53,368 nt of DNA from an uncultured Erysipelotrichaceae bacterium (lineage in GTDB: Bacteria > Bacillota_I > Bacilli_A > RF39 > UBA660): positions 1 to 53,368 of the forward strand of contig CACZQK010000067.1 of assembly GCA_902783315.1 (NCBI GenBank). Direction: 5' to 3'. Shown here piece by piece: positions 46,157 to 53,368 of the stretch. Position 1 is the stretch's first letter. The number at the start of each line of letters is the position of its first letter. The notes under the pieces were generated by a model, which was not told the DNA's origin, did no database searches, and saw nothing but the letters and a program-made list of their open reading frames with translations. A program made the translations under genes and the position numbers.

Positions 46157-46955
46157 TTAATTCTTCTTCATAATCGATATCATTTTTAGGTTTTAACTCA
46201 TCAATTAATAACATTCTAACATCATCTAGCGTCAAATTATATAATAATTCGCCTTTTAATGCAATAGAAACACGACCAGTCTCTTCAGAAACAACAATAC
46301 AAATTGCATCAGTCTCTTCGGCCAATCCCAGAGCAGCCCTATGTCGAGTTCCTAAGCGCCTGTTAATTTTTGAACTGTTACTCGTTGGAAAAACAGCACC
46401 AGCACAAGTAATCCTATCTCCTTGAATAATGACGCCACCATCATGTAAAGGATTACCTTCATAAAAAATAGCAATTAATAAATCACTAGATAAGTCAGCA
46501 TAAATTTTCTTAGCTTTATCGATATAATTTCCAAGACTACTATCTCGTTCAATAACAATTAAAGCCCCTATTCGATCCTTACGCAAATAGTCAATTGCAT
46601 TAATCAATTCATACACCATGCGCTCTCTTTCATCAACAGTAAGGACTTTATGTCTACCCAACAACTGACTTCTACCAAGTTGCTCCAAAATAGTTCGAAT
46701 TTCTGGCTGAAAGATAATAATTAAAGCCACAGGACCCCATTGAATAATATAATCTAACAAATAACCAACAGTTATAAATCCAAGCCAATCACTAATCAAT
46801 TTCAATATAATAACAAAAGCCACACCCTTAAAGATTAATGAAAGCTTTACATTGTTCTTGATATTTTTAAGAATATAATAAAAAATAAACCATACTAATG
46901 AAATATCAACAATCTTTCTAATAACTACTAACACGTCCGCCATAGTTATTGTCAT
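46125..46955 (-). CDS. cdaA: diadenylate cyclase CdaA
   Basis: 276 aa with three N-terminal TM helices and a DAC domain (GALIVIERD, HDGGVII, GTRHRAALG). Confidence 0.92.
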   Translation of the reverse strand: MTITMADVLVVIRKIVDISLVWFIFYYILKNIKNNVKLSLIFKGVAFVIILKLISDWLGFITVGYLLDYIIQWGPVALIIIFQPEIRTILEQLGRSQLLGRHKVLTVDERERMVYELINAIDYLRKDRIGALIVIERDSSLGNYIDKAKKIYADLSSDLLIAIFYEGNPLHDGGVIIQGDRITCAGAVFPTSNSSKINRRLGTRHRAALGLAEETDAICIVVSEETGRVSIALKGELLYNLTLDDVRMLLIDELKPKNDIDYEEELNEEEIYEENR

Positions 46956-47124
46956 TCTATCATCTCCTTCTTTTTGTAGAACTCACAAAAACATCATGAA
47001 AACCTATTTATTATTAAAATATCTATTATAATAATAACATTTTATAGATTTTTTAGCAACCTAACTTCGATAGATAATCTTTTAATTTCATTTTTTTAAT
47101 AAATGCAAAAAAAAAGAAAAGAAG

Positions 47125-47331
47125 TTAATCTCTTCCATATTCTAAATGGGCCATTAATATACCAATATTTATTAATCCACAAATTCCAACTAAAGTATAA
47201 ACAGTTCTAGTAAGAAATGTGCCAGTTCCAAATAATAAAGCCACTAAGTCAATATCTAGTATACCTATTAATCCCCAATTAATTGCACCAACGATAGTTA
47301 CAACTAACAATATTTTTTGTAACATCTCCAT
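47125..47331 (-). CDS. DUF378-family small membrane protein
   Basis: GGAGG RBS precedes the ATG at 47331 (MEMLQKILLVVTIVGAINWGLIG...). 68 aa. Confidence 0.7.
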   Translation of the reverse strand: MEMLQKILLVVTIVGAINWGLIGILDIDLVALLFGTGTFLTRTVYTLVGICGLINIGILMAHLEYGRD

Positions 47332-47409
47332 ATTTTTATAACCTCCTAAAAATAGGATTACCAAAAATATAAAAATTATACAAAAAAACTATAAATATAA
47401 TATAGCTTT

Positions 47410-48444
47410 TTATTGTATTCTACGAACTGAAATAACATGAGTTCCACTACCTCTAGTCCAAGCAGCTACATCACTTGCAATAACTCCTTGCCTTGGGTTT
47501 GTAGCATGAACCATTTGTCCATTACCCACATATAATGCTGAATGGGTAGGAGACCCATCAGAATATCCCCAACTTAATATATCACCAGGTTGAGCATCAG
47601 CATAACTTACAGGAACTCCATCATAGATTTGAGTAGAAGAACTTCTACTAACATTAATTCCTACTCTAGAATATACATATTGAACAAACCCACTACAATC
47701 AAAACCATATGGACCATTTGATCCAGCTACATAAGGGGACCCAATTAACGAATAAGCAATAGAAACCAAATCTCCTCCACTAGCATTAGCAGGCAAATTT
47801 GAATAAACTGGTTGTTGTATATTCACTGGTATCTTGGGCTCAACAACTTTTGGAGCAACAACTTCTAACAAAAATGTCATAACAGACTCATTACCATTTT
47901 TATCTTTTGCTGTAACTTTAACTTCATGTTCCCCAACATCGTCAATCTCTTCCGTATTATAATCGAAATGATAGTAAAAATTACTATTTTCATCAATTTC
48001 ATTTGCATATGAAATTTCGCCATCAATTTGATCCTTGATAGAATCAATATTATTTGAAAAATCATATTCATCACCACGAGTAATAGTAACTTTTTCCTCT
48101 TTTAACTGAATAACAGGTGCAGCAGTATCTACAACAGATACAACAATTGGAACATCCTTAATAATATTATTTTTCTTTACTTTAACAATAATTTCTTGAC
48201 TTCCAACCTTATTTGTGTCTACATCTTTCTTCACAGAAACGATTTCCCCATCTACCTTTTTTATTAAATCCTGAACATTGTAATTTGCACTACCATATTC
48301 AATGACGTTGTCCTCGCCTACAAAAACCTTAATGCTATTATAAATATAAAAATTATAATAAACATAGCAACTAAACATAATAACAAGTGATATTCCTATC
48401 AAAGATAATAACTTAGTCTTCGAGGGACCACCAATTTTTTTCAT
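47410..48444 (-). CDS. membrane-anchored NlpC/P60 peptidoglycan endopeptidase with Ig-like repeats
   Basis: The C-domain has GFDCSGFVQYVY (Cys) and PTHSALYVG (His). The N-terminal TM helix is followed by two Ig-like modules. Confidence 0.85.
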   Translation of the reverse strand: MKKIGGPSKTKLLSLIGISLVIMFSCYVYYNFYIYNSIKVFVGEDNVIEYGSANYNVQDLIKKVDGEIVSVKKDVDTNKVGSQEIIVKVKKNNIIKDVPIVVSVVDTAAPVIQLKEEKVTITRGDEYDFSNNIDSIKDQIDGEISYANEIDENSNFYYHFDYNTEEIDDVGEHEVKVTAKDKNGNESVMTFLLEVVAPKVVEPKIPVNIQQPVYSNLPANASGGDLVSIAYSLIGSPYVAGSNGPYGFDCSGFVQYVYSRVGINVSRSSSTQIYDGVPVSYADAQPGDILSWGYSDGSPTHSALYVGNGQMVHATNPRQGVIASDVAAWTRGSGTHVISVRRIQ

Positions 48445-48578
48445 ATTATAAATCCTCCCTGGATGACATCAATTATAGCATAATAACAAAAAAAAGTCAA
48501 AAATCGCTATCATGCAAGATCATCAAAATCAAATATTTCAATAATATTATGATAGAATCAGAACCAATTTATGCATGT

Positions 48579-49922
48579 TTATCGCTTAGACAATTCGACA
48601 ATCTTTTGCCATAAAAGAGGACCAACTATTCCATTTACATCAAACCCAAAATCTCTTTGTATCTTTTTTACAGATTGCTCAGTGAGATCATCAAATATAC
48701 CATTTACCCGCACTCCAGGAATAGAATGATCATATCGACAAATCTCCAAAAGAAACCGCTGAAATCTTAAAACATCTTCCCCTGTTATACCTTTTTTCAA
48801 AAAATAATCAGGATATAATTCATTAATATACTCTTGATTTTCTGAAGAAATCATTTTTAAAACATTCTGATAAACTTTTCTTAAAACTTTCCAATCAGAA
48901 TAAGTAAAAACACCCGTAATAGGAAGACCATACTTTTCTTGAAATGCCTTTACCATTAAAACTGAATTATTATTATAAATAGAATTAGTTTGAAGTCTAG
49001 GAATATCCGGATCCAAAAAAGCAATAGCATCTAAAAAGTAATGAACATATTCAACTTCAATACCTGTATCACCATAATTTAATTCATCTTCATATAAAAA
49101 AGTTGCTTCATTTTGGCTTAATCCTTCCGAATATAAATCTGATAATTTTTTAACACTAGTATAAACATATTTAATCTTATACCATGTAGCTTTATCAACA
49201 ATTCCAGTTGTAGGTAAACTAAATATTTCTTGAAACTTTTTTACAGCAGCAACAGTTTCATCATCATATATTCCTAAAGTCGTACTAATATTGGGAATTG
49301 CAGGATAATTTTTTCTGATTCTCCTTAAATCTCTTTGGATTGCTAAAACAGGATTGCCTGCACTACCATAACCGACTTCATACCCTGGATATCCTTCAAC
49401 ATTATCACCAACAGGAGCATTATATTTTATAGAAATATCATTACCATAATAATATTTTAAAATATCCAAATAGCTTTTACCTTGATTTGCCAAAGACACA
49501 CTTCCCCATTGGGACAAACCATCACATTGTGTATTTCTTCCATCACAATATCTAGTAAAATATGGTTGAATTTGATTAGCTTTAACAACATAATTATTAA
49601 AGATTTCTTCAACAATATTATTAATATTTTCATACGTTGATCGATTTTCTTTAAACGCCTGATCATAAATTGGAGAAGATGTAATATCAAAATTATACCC
49701 CTTACTACGATACCATTCATTATATATTCTGTTCATTGCAAAGGAAATAATAGCATAAATATTAGCAGTTAAGGCACTAGTAGGCCATGTTGGATATAAT
49801 TCGCTAGAAGCAACATTTGAAATATAATCAGTAAAAGAAACCGTTATATTTCTAACTGACTCATCAGGCTTTCCTAAATGAACAGTAATAGTATTAGGAA
49901 CGATAGGATAACGAATTGCCAT
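48579..49922 (-). CDS. peptidoglycan-binding protein (three PG_binding_1-like repeats) with unassigned N-terminal domain
   Basis: 447 aa with no signal peptide. Three G-x-x-V-x-x-[IL]Q-type repeats are present (GSAGNPVLAIQRDLRRI, GDTGIEVEYVHYFL, GITGEDVLRFQRFLLEI). The N-domain includes SSELYPTWPTSALTANIYAIISFAMNRIY. Confidence 0.6.
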   Translation of the reverse strand: MAIRYPIVPNTITVHLGKPDESVRNITVSFTDYISNVASSELYPTWPTSALTANIYAIISFAMNRIYNEWYRSKGYNFDITSSPIYDQAFKENRSTYENINNIVEEIFNNYVVKANQIQPYFTRYCDGRNTQCDGLSQWGSVSLANQGKSYLDILKYYYGNDISIKYNAPVGDNVEGYPGYEVGYGSAGNPVLAIQRDLRRIRKNYPAIPNISTTLGIYDDETVAAVKKFQEIFSLPTTGIVDKATWYKIKYVYTSVKKLSDLYSEGLSQNEATFLYEDELNYGDTGIEVEYVHYFLDAIAFLDPDIPRLQTNSIYNNNSVLMVKAFQEKYGLPITGVFTYSDWKVLRKVYQNVLKMISSENQEYINELYPDYFLKKGITGEDVLRFQRFLLEICRYDHSIPGVRVNGIFDDLTEQSVKKIQRDFGFDVNGIVGPLLWQKIVELSKR

Positions 49923-50298
49923 TATTCATCCCCCCAGGAATATAATTTATATTTTGAACAACGCTTATACCATCATACATTCTTACTGTAAATTGTTGCT
50001 TTTCTAAAGAATCAAAAGAAGCAACAATCGAATAAACTGTGGGAACAGGTGCAATTAAATTATCAAAATCCAATTTAGCAGCAGGTAAAGAAATATTAGG
50101 AATCATTCCCGAAGCATCAGTATAACCATCAAAAAAAGGAATTATTTGATTTTCAAAAGATGTGCTAACAACCACATGCAAACCATTTATTGGTAAAGCT
50201 TCACTCGCTGCATAAGCATGTATTTTTAAGTTGCCCTTACCAGGATTTTTATCTAAAAAACGCCGATACAATTCTGAATTTAAAATATCAAGATTCAT
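49894..50298 (-). CDS. small hypothetical protein (prealbumin/CarboxypepD_reg-like?)
   Basis: 134 aa containing LKIHAYAASEALPINGLHVVVS...GYTDASGMIPNISLP. Overlaps the downstream gene by 29 nt. Confidence 0.45.
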   Translation of the reverse strand: MNLDILNSELYRRFLDKNPGKGNLKIHAYAASEALPINGLHVVVSTSFENQIIPFFDGYTDASGMIPNISLPAAKLDFDNLIAPVPTVYSIVASFDSLEKQQFTVRMYDGISVVQNINYIPGGMNNGNSLSYRS

Positions 50299-50306
50299 AA
50301 AACCTC

Positions 50307-51137
50307 CTATATAACAAGTACTTGTCCAATGGACAAAGTATTAGTTTTTAAGTTATTTTTATTCTTTATAGAATCAACCGTAGTATTAAACTTTTTAGCT
50401 ATTGAATATAAACTATCTCCCTTAGAAACAGTATAAACAGAAGAAGAATTATTTGGTATTTTAATCTTCTGCCCAACGCTTAATACATTACTAGATAATG
50501 AATTAAGTTTTAAAAGTTCACTAACACTAATATCATATTTTTTAGCTATTGAATATAAACTATCTCCCTTTTTTACTATATAAACTTCATCAGATGATAA
50601 AGAAAAAGGATTATAGCTTTCTCCAAAACATTCTAAAATCACATCATCTTTAGTTCGAATCTTTATATTCTGCCCAATAGAAATATTATGATTTACTAAA
50701 GCATTATCTTTCATAATAATATCTACTGTTGTCCCATAACTATTAGCAATTAAATACAAACTATCCCCCTTTTTTACTGTATAATTAATATACTGAGGAA
50801 TATACATATCCTCTGGTTTTGTATACATTTCAGGAATTCGTATAACCTGACCAACATAGATACTATCCCCTGTTAAATAATTTAAATTTTTAATACTATT
50901 AACACTAATATTATACTTTTTAGCTATTGAATATAAACTATCTCCCTTTTTTACTGTATACATAAACATATTATCTGGATTCGTTCCACCTTTAGATGGA
51001 ATAATTAAAGTTTGGCCTATTTGAAGAGTTTCCGCCGTAACATTATTTAAATTAGCAAGTTCGGTAACTGAAACCCCATATTGATTACTAATTCCATATA
51101 ATGTATCTCCTCTTTTAACTACATATACTTCATTCAT
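50307..51137 (-). CDS. LysM-repeat protein (5 LysM domains), no signal peptide
   Basis: Five copies of Y.VKKGDSLY.IAKKY..SV..I...N.L....L.IGQ.I.IP. The DNA contains a near-identical ~40-bp segment three times (near 50390, 50545 and 50920). Confidence 0.85.
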   Translation of the reverse strand: MNEVYVVKRGDTLYGISNQYGVSVTELANLNNVTAETLQIGQTLIIPSKGGTNPDNMFMYTVKKGDSLYSIAKKYNISVNSIKNLNYLTGDSIYVGQVIRIPEMYTKPEDMYIPQYINYTVKKGDSLYLIANSYGTTVDIIMKDNALVNHNISIGQNIKIRTKDDVILECFGESYNPFSLSSDEVYIVKKGDSLYSIAKKYDISVSELLKLNSLSSNVLSVGQKIKIPNNSSSVYTVSKGDSLYSIAKKFNTTVDSIKNKNNLKTNTLSIGQVLVI

Positions 51138-51255
51138 AGTATCACCTATACCATTATATGTAAAAAGAAAAAAAAATCACCTATTTCATTCTATAAGATG
51201 ATTTTTAGTCTTATATATATTTTTTATTATATTATCAAACTAGAATATTCAAATC

Positions 51256-52080
51256 CTAATCATCATAATGACTCAAGAAACTTTCATATTCCTTATTTCT
51301 TTTTACCCCAAGAACACAATCTAAATTAACATTATCTAAAGACTTATAAATGTTATATTCAATATTAGGATTAGTCTTTCTCATATTTTTAATAAGATTT
51401 TTTATCTCTTTTCTTTTACTAGTAGTATCATCATCTAAAGAGCATTTTTCTGTAAAACGACAAGCACAATTAATAAAAGTAAGTTCATTAAATTTTGACC
51501 AAGCAATAATATCTTCTTCCCGAACAAAATATAAAGGACGAATTAATTCCAAGCCTTCAAAATTATCACTATGAAGTTTAGGCATCATTGTTTTTACTTC
51601 TGCACCATAAAACATAGACAAAAGAGTCGTCTCAATAACATCATTAAAATGATGTCCCAAAACTATTTTATTACAACCCAATTCTTGGGCTTTATTATAA
51701 AGGCACCCTCTTCTCATCCTAGCACATAAATAACAAGGACTTTTATCAATATCCGAAACAATCTCAAAAATATTACTTTCAAACATCTCTAAATCAATAT
51801 TTAATATTTTAGCATTTTCTAAAATCATTTTGCGATTTATTTCATTATATCCGGGATTCATACATACATAATGAACTTCAAAAGGAAATTTACCATGTCT
51901 TTGCAACTCTTGAATACATTTAGCAAGTAAAAAAGAATCTTTTCCACCACTAATACAAACCATAATCCGGTCATTCTCCTTAAGAAGTTGAAATTCTGTC
52001 ACCGCTTTTATAAATTTACTCCAAATAACTTTTCGATATTTTTTTATAATACTTCTTTCTATTTCTTTATATCTTTCCAT
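51256..52080 (-). CDS. TtcA-family tRNA thiolation PP-loop ATPase
   Basis: 274 aa with a PP-loop (CISGGKDS) and Cys motifs (CYLCARMRR, NCACRF). Confidence 0.8.
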   Translation of the reverse strand: MERYKEIERSIIKKYRKVIWSKFIKAVTEFQLLKENDRIMVCISGGKDSFLLAKCIQELQRHGKFPFEVHYVCMNPGYNEINRKMILENAKILNIDLEMFESNIFEIVSDIDKSPCYLCARMRRGCLYNKAQELGCNKIVLGHHFNDVIETTLLSMFYGAEVKTMMPKLHSDNFEGLELIRPLYFVREEDIIAWSKFNELTFINCACRFTEKCSLDDDTTSKRKEIKNLIKNMRKTNPNIEYNIYKSLDNVNLDCVLGVKRNKEYESFLSHYDD

Positions 52081-52152
52081 AATTCACCACGACTATATTT
52101 ATTCAAATTAAAAAATGTGTTACATATTAATAAAAGTAATAAAGCCACAAAA

Positions 52153-53055
52153 TTATAACTTTAAACCGGCTGACTTTTTTAAAACTTTATAAGAACCAAT
52201 ACGTAACTCATCAACTATAGACAAACCTTCAAGAACTATATCCTTATCTTTACATGTTACGCCAAATTTAATATTAGGTTTTGCAATATTACCATGGAAA
52301 TCACTACCACCACTAACTAAAAAATTATATTTATTTGCAATCTCCAAATAATAGTTTATATCGCTTAGAGTATGAATAGAATGGTATACTTCTATACCCT
52401 TTAATCCACAATCCTTCATTTCTTCTAATAATCTCAAAAATTCTAATTTCTCTAACTTCAATGTTTTAGGATGAGCTAAAACTGGAATCCCACCTGCATT
52501 TAAAATAAGTTCTAAACATTCTTGAAAAGGTAATCCTTTATCAAAATTTCCTTTTGTCATCACATGAGCTTTATTTAAATATTTAGAAAATGCTTCCGAC
52601 ACTGTTTCTACTTTCCTATATTTTATCAAAAGTTTTGCTAAATCTGTTTTTCCCATACTACGTTCTGAATTTATAACTTCATTAATCTCATCATCTGAAA
52701 AACAAATGTCATATTCCGTTTTTATATAGTTATAGACATCTAACAAAGCGTTTTTTCTTTTTTGTGCTTGTAATTTCATAGCATCATTTAATTCCTTATT
52801 ATAAACATCGAATCCATAACCTAAAATGTGCACTGGACCATTTGGTATTTTACCAGTAATTTCTATACCAGGAATAATCTCCATACCAGATGGTATAAGT
52901 ATCGGATTTTTTAAAAAATATAAACTTGCACCTAACGCATCATGATCAGTAATACTTAATGTTGAAACATTCCTGTTTTTTGCTAGAAGGACAACTTTAG
53001 CGGGTGAATAATCTCCATCAGAATAATAGGAATGAGTATGCATATCTATTAACAT
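52153..53055 (-). CDS. PHP-domain phosphoesterase (TrpH/YciV-like)
   Basis: MLIDMHTHSYYSDGD..., ITDHD, LAHP and GGSDFHG metal-ligand motifs. Confidence 0.85.
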   Translation of the reverse strand: MLIDMHTHSYYSDGDYSPAKVVLLAKNRNVSTLSITDHDALGASLYFLKNPILIPSGMEIIPGIEITGKIPNGPVHILGYGFDVYNKELNDAMKLQAQKRKNALLDVYNYIKTEYDICFSDDEINEVINSERSMGKTDLAKLLIKYRKVETVSEAFSKYLNKAHVMTKGNFDKGLPFQECLELILNAGGIPVLAHPKTLKLEKLEFLRLLEEMKDCGLKGIEVYHSIHTLSDINYYLEIANKYNFLVSGGSDFHGNIAKPNIKFGVTCKDKDIVLEGLSIVDELRIGSYKVLKKSAGLKL

Positions 53056-53321
53056 ATTATCACTTCTAAAAAATATATAAGTATAGTTTTCTTCATATTC
53101 AAAATACTAATCACCGATTGTTTATTATATCACATCAACTAAGAAATATCTATGGCTTATATAACTAATTTGCTATAAGAACAAAAAAAGACCAACTTCT
53201 TTTAGAAATTGATATTTTCTATATTAAATCCAAAAACTTTAAAAGTCTGGACAAATTTCCCAATGGTGCCGAAACAATAGATATATTCGAAAATGTTTGC
53301 GATATAAACATTTACATATTT

Positions 53322-53368
53322 GGCAGAAAATATCCGGCAAAATATCCGGCAAAATATCCGGCAAAATA
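53322..53368. repeat. 12-bp tandem repeat running off the window edge
   Basis: GGCAGAAAATATCC, GGCAAAATATCC, GGCAAAATATCC, GGCAAAATA. It is locally GC-richer than its surroundings and is truncated by the window end. Confidence 0.8.

Noticed and set aside
48445-48578. Possible c-di-AMP (ydaO-type) riboswitch upstream of the NlpC/P60 gene, given its proximity to cdaA
   Set aside because: The gap is only ~130 nt. I could not find the conserved G/C-rich pseudo-symmetric elements expected of that riboswitch class.
1-53368. Prophage, ICE, transposon or classical defence island (RM, CBASS, Abi, TA) content
   Set aside because: I recognised no integrase, transposase, recombinase, terminase, nuclease/helicase/ATPase defence-type genes or flanking tRNA/direct repeats. 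The WXG module is the only accessory-looking block.

Overview
This is a very AT-rich chromosomal segment from a Firmicute, using the standard code (TGA is used as a stop). All calls come from reading the ORF translations and DNA by eye, with no database search. The organism is a spore-former: the window encodes SpoIVA, a SpoVIF-like protein, an alpha/beta-type SASP and a Cse60-like mini-ORF. Most genes are minus-strand housekeeping genes, and their order recalls the Bacillus subtilis 'yt' region (ssp-thiI-ezrA-rpsD-tyrS, ackA, trmB, leuS).

Other recognisable content:
- der, engB, nrnA, cdaA-cdaR, an SPFH/NfeD pair, ttcA-like and PHP phosphatase genes
- a GH31 hydrolase, a VanY-type carboxypeptidase and two FemAB-type transferases
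- a MurJ/SpoVB-type flippase and a cluster of cell-wall and spore-wall proteins
- two T-box leaders, with Tyr UAC and Leu CUU specifiers

No transposases, integrases, CRISPR arrays, rRNA or tRNA genes were seen.

Standout observations:
1. A six-gene module (23052-27237) encodes signal-peptide-less WXG100/Esx-like proteins. Three small WXG proteins sit with three larger proteins whose cargo regions include a papain/C39-like Cys peptidase, a GH73 glucosaminidase and an unassigned domain behind a Gly/Ser repeat linker. The module lies between femAB-type genes and a lipid II flippase-type gene, and no T7SS core gene is in the window.
2. leuS carries an in-frame insertion of about 145 aa with a perfect Nudix box, located just after the editing domain.
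3. A second acetate kinase paralogue has lost most catalytic residues.
4. A thioester-domain adhesin has a non-canonical sorting signal and a minimal sortase.
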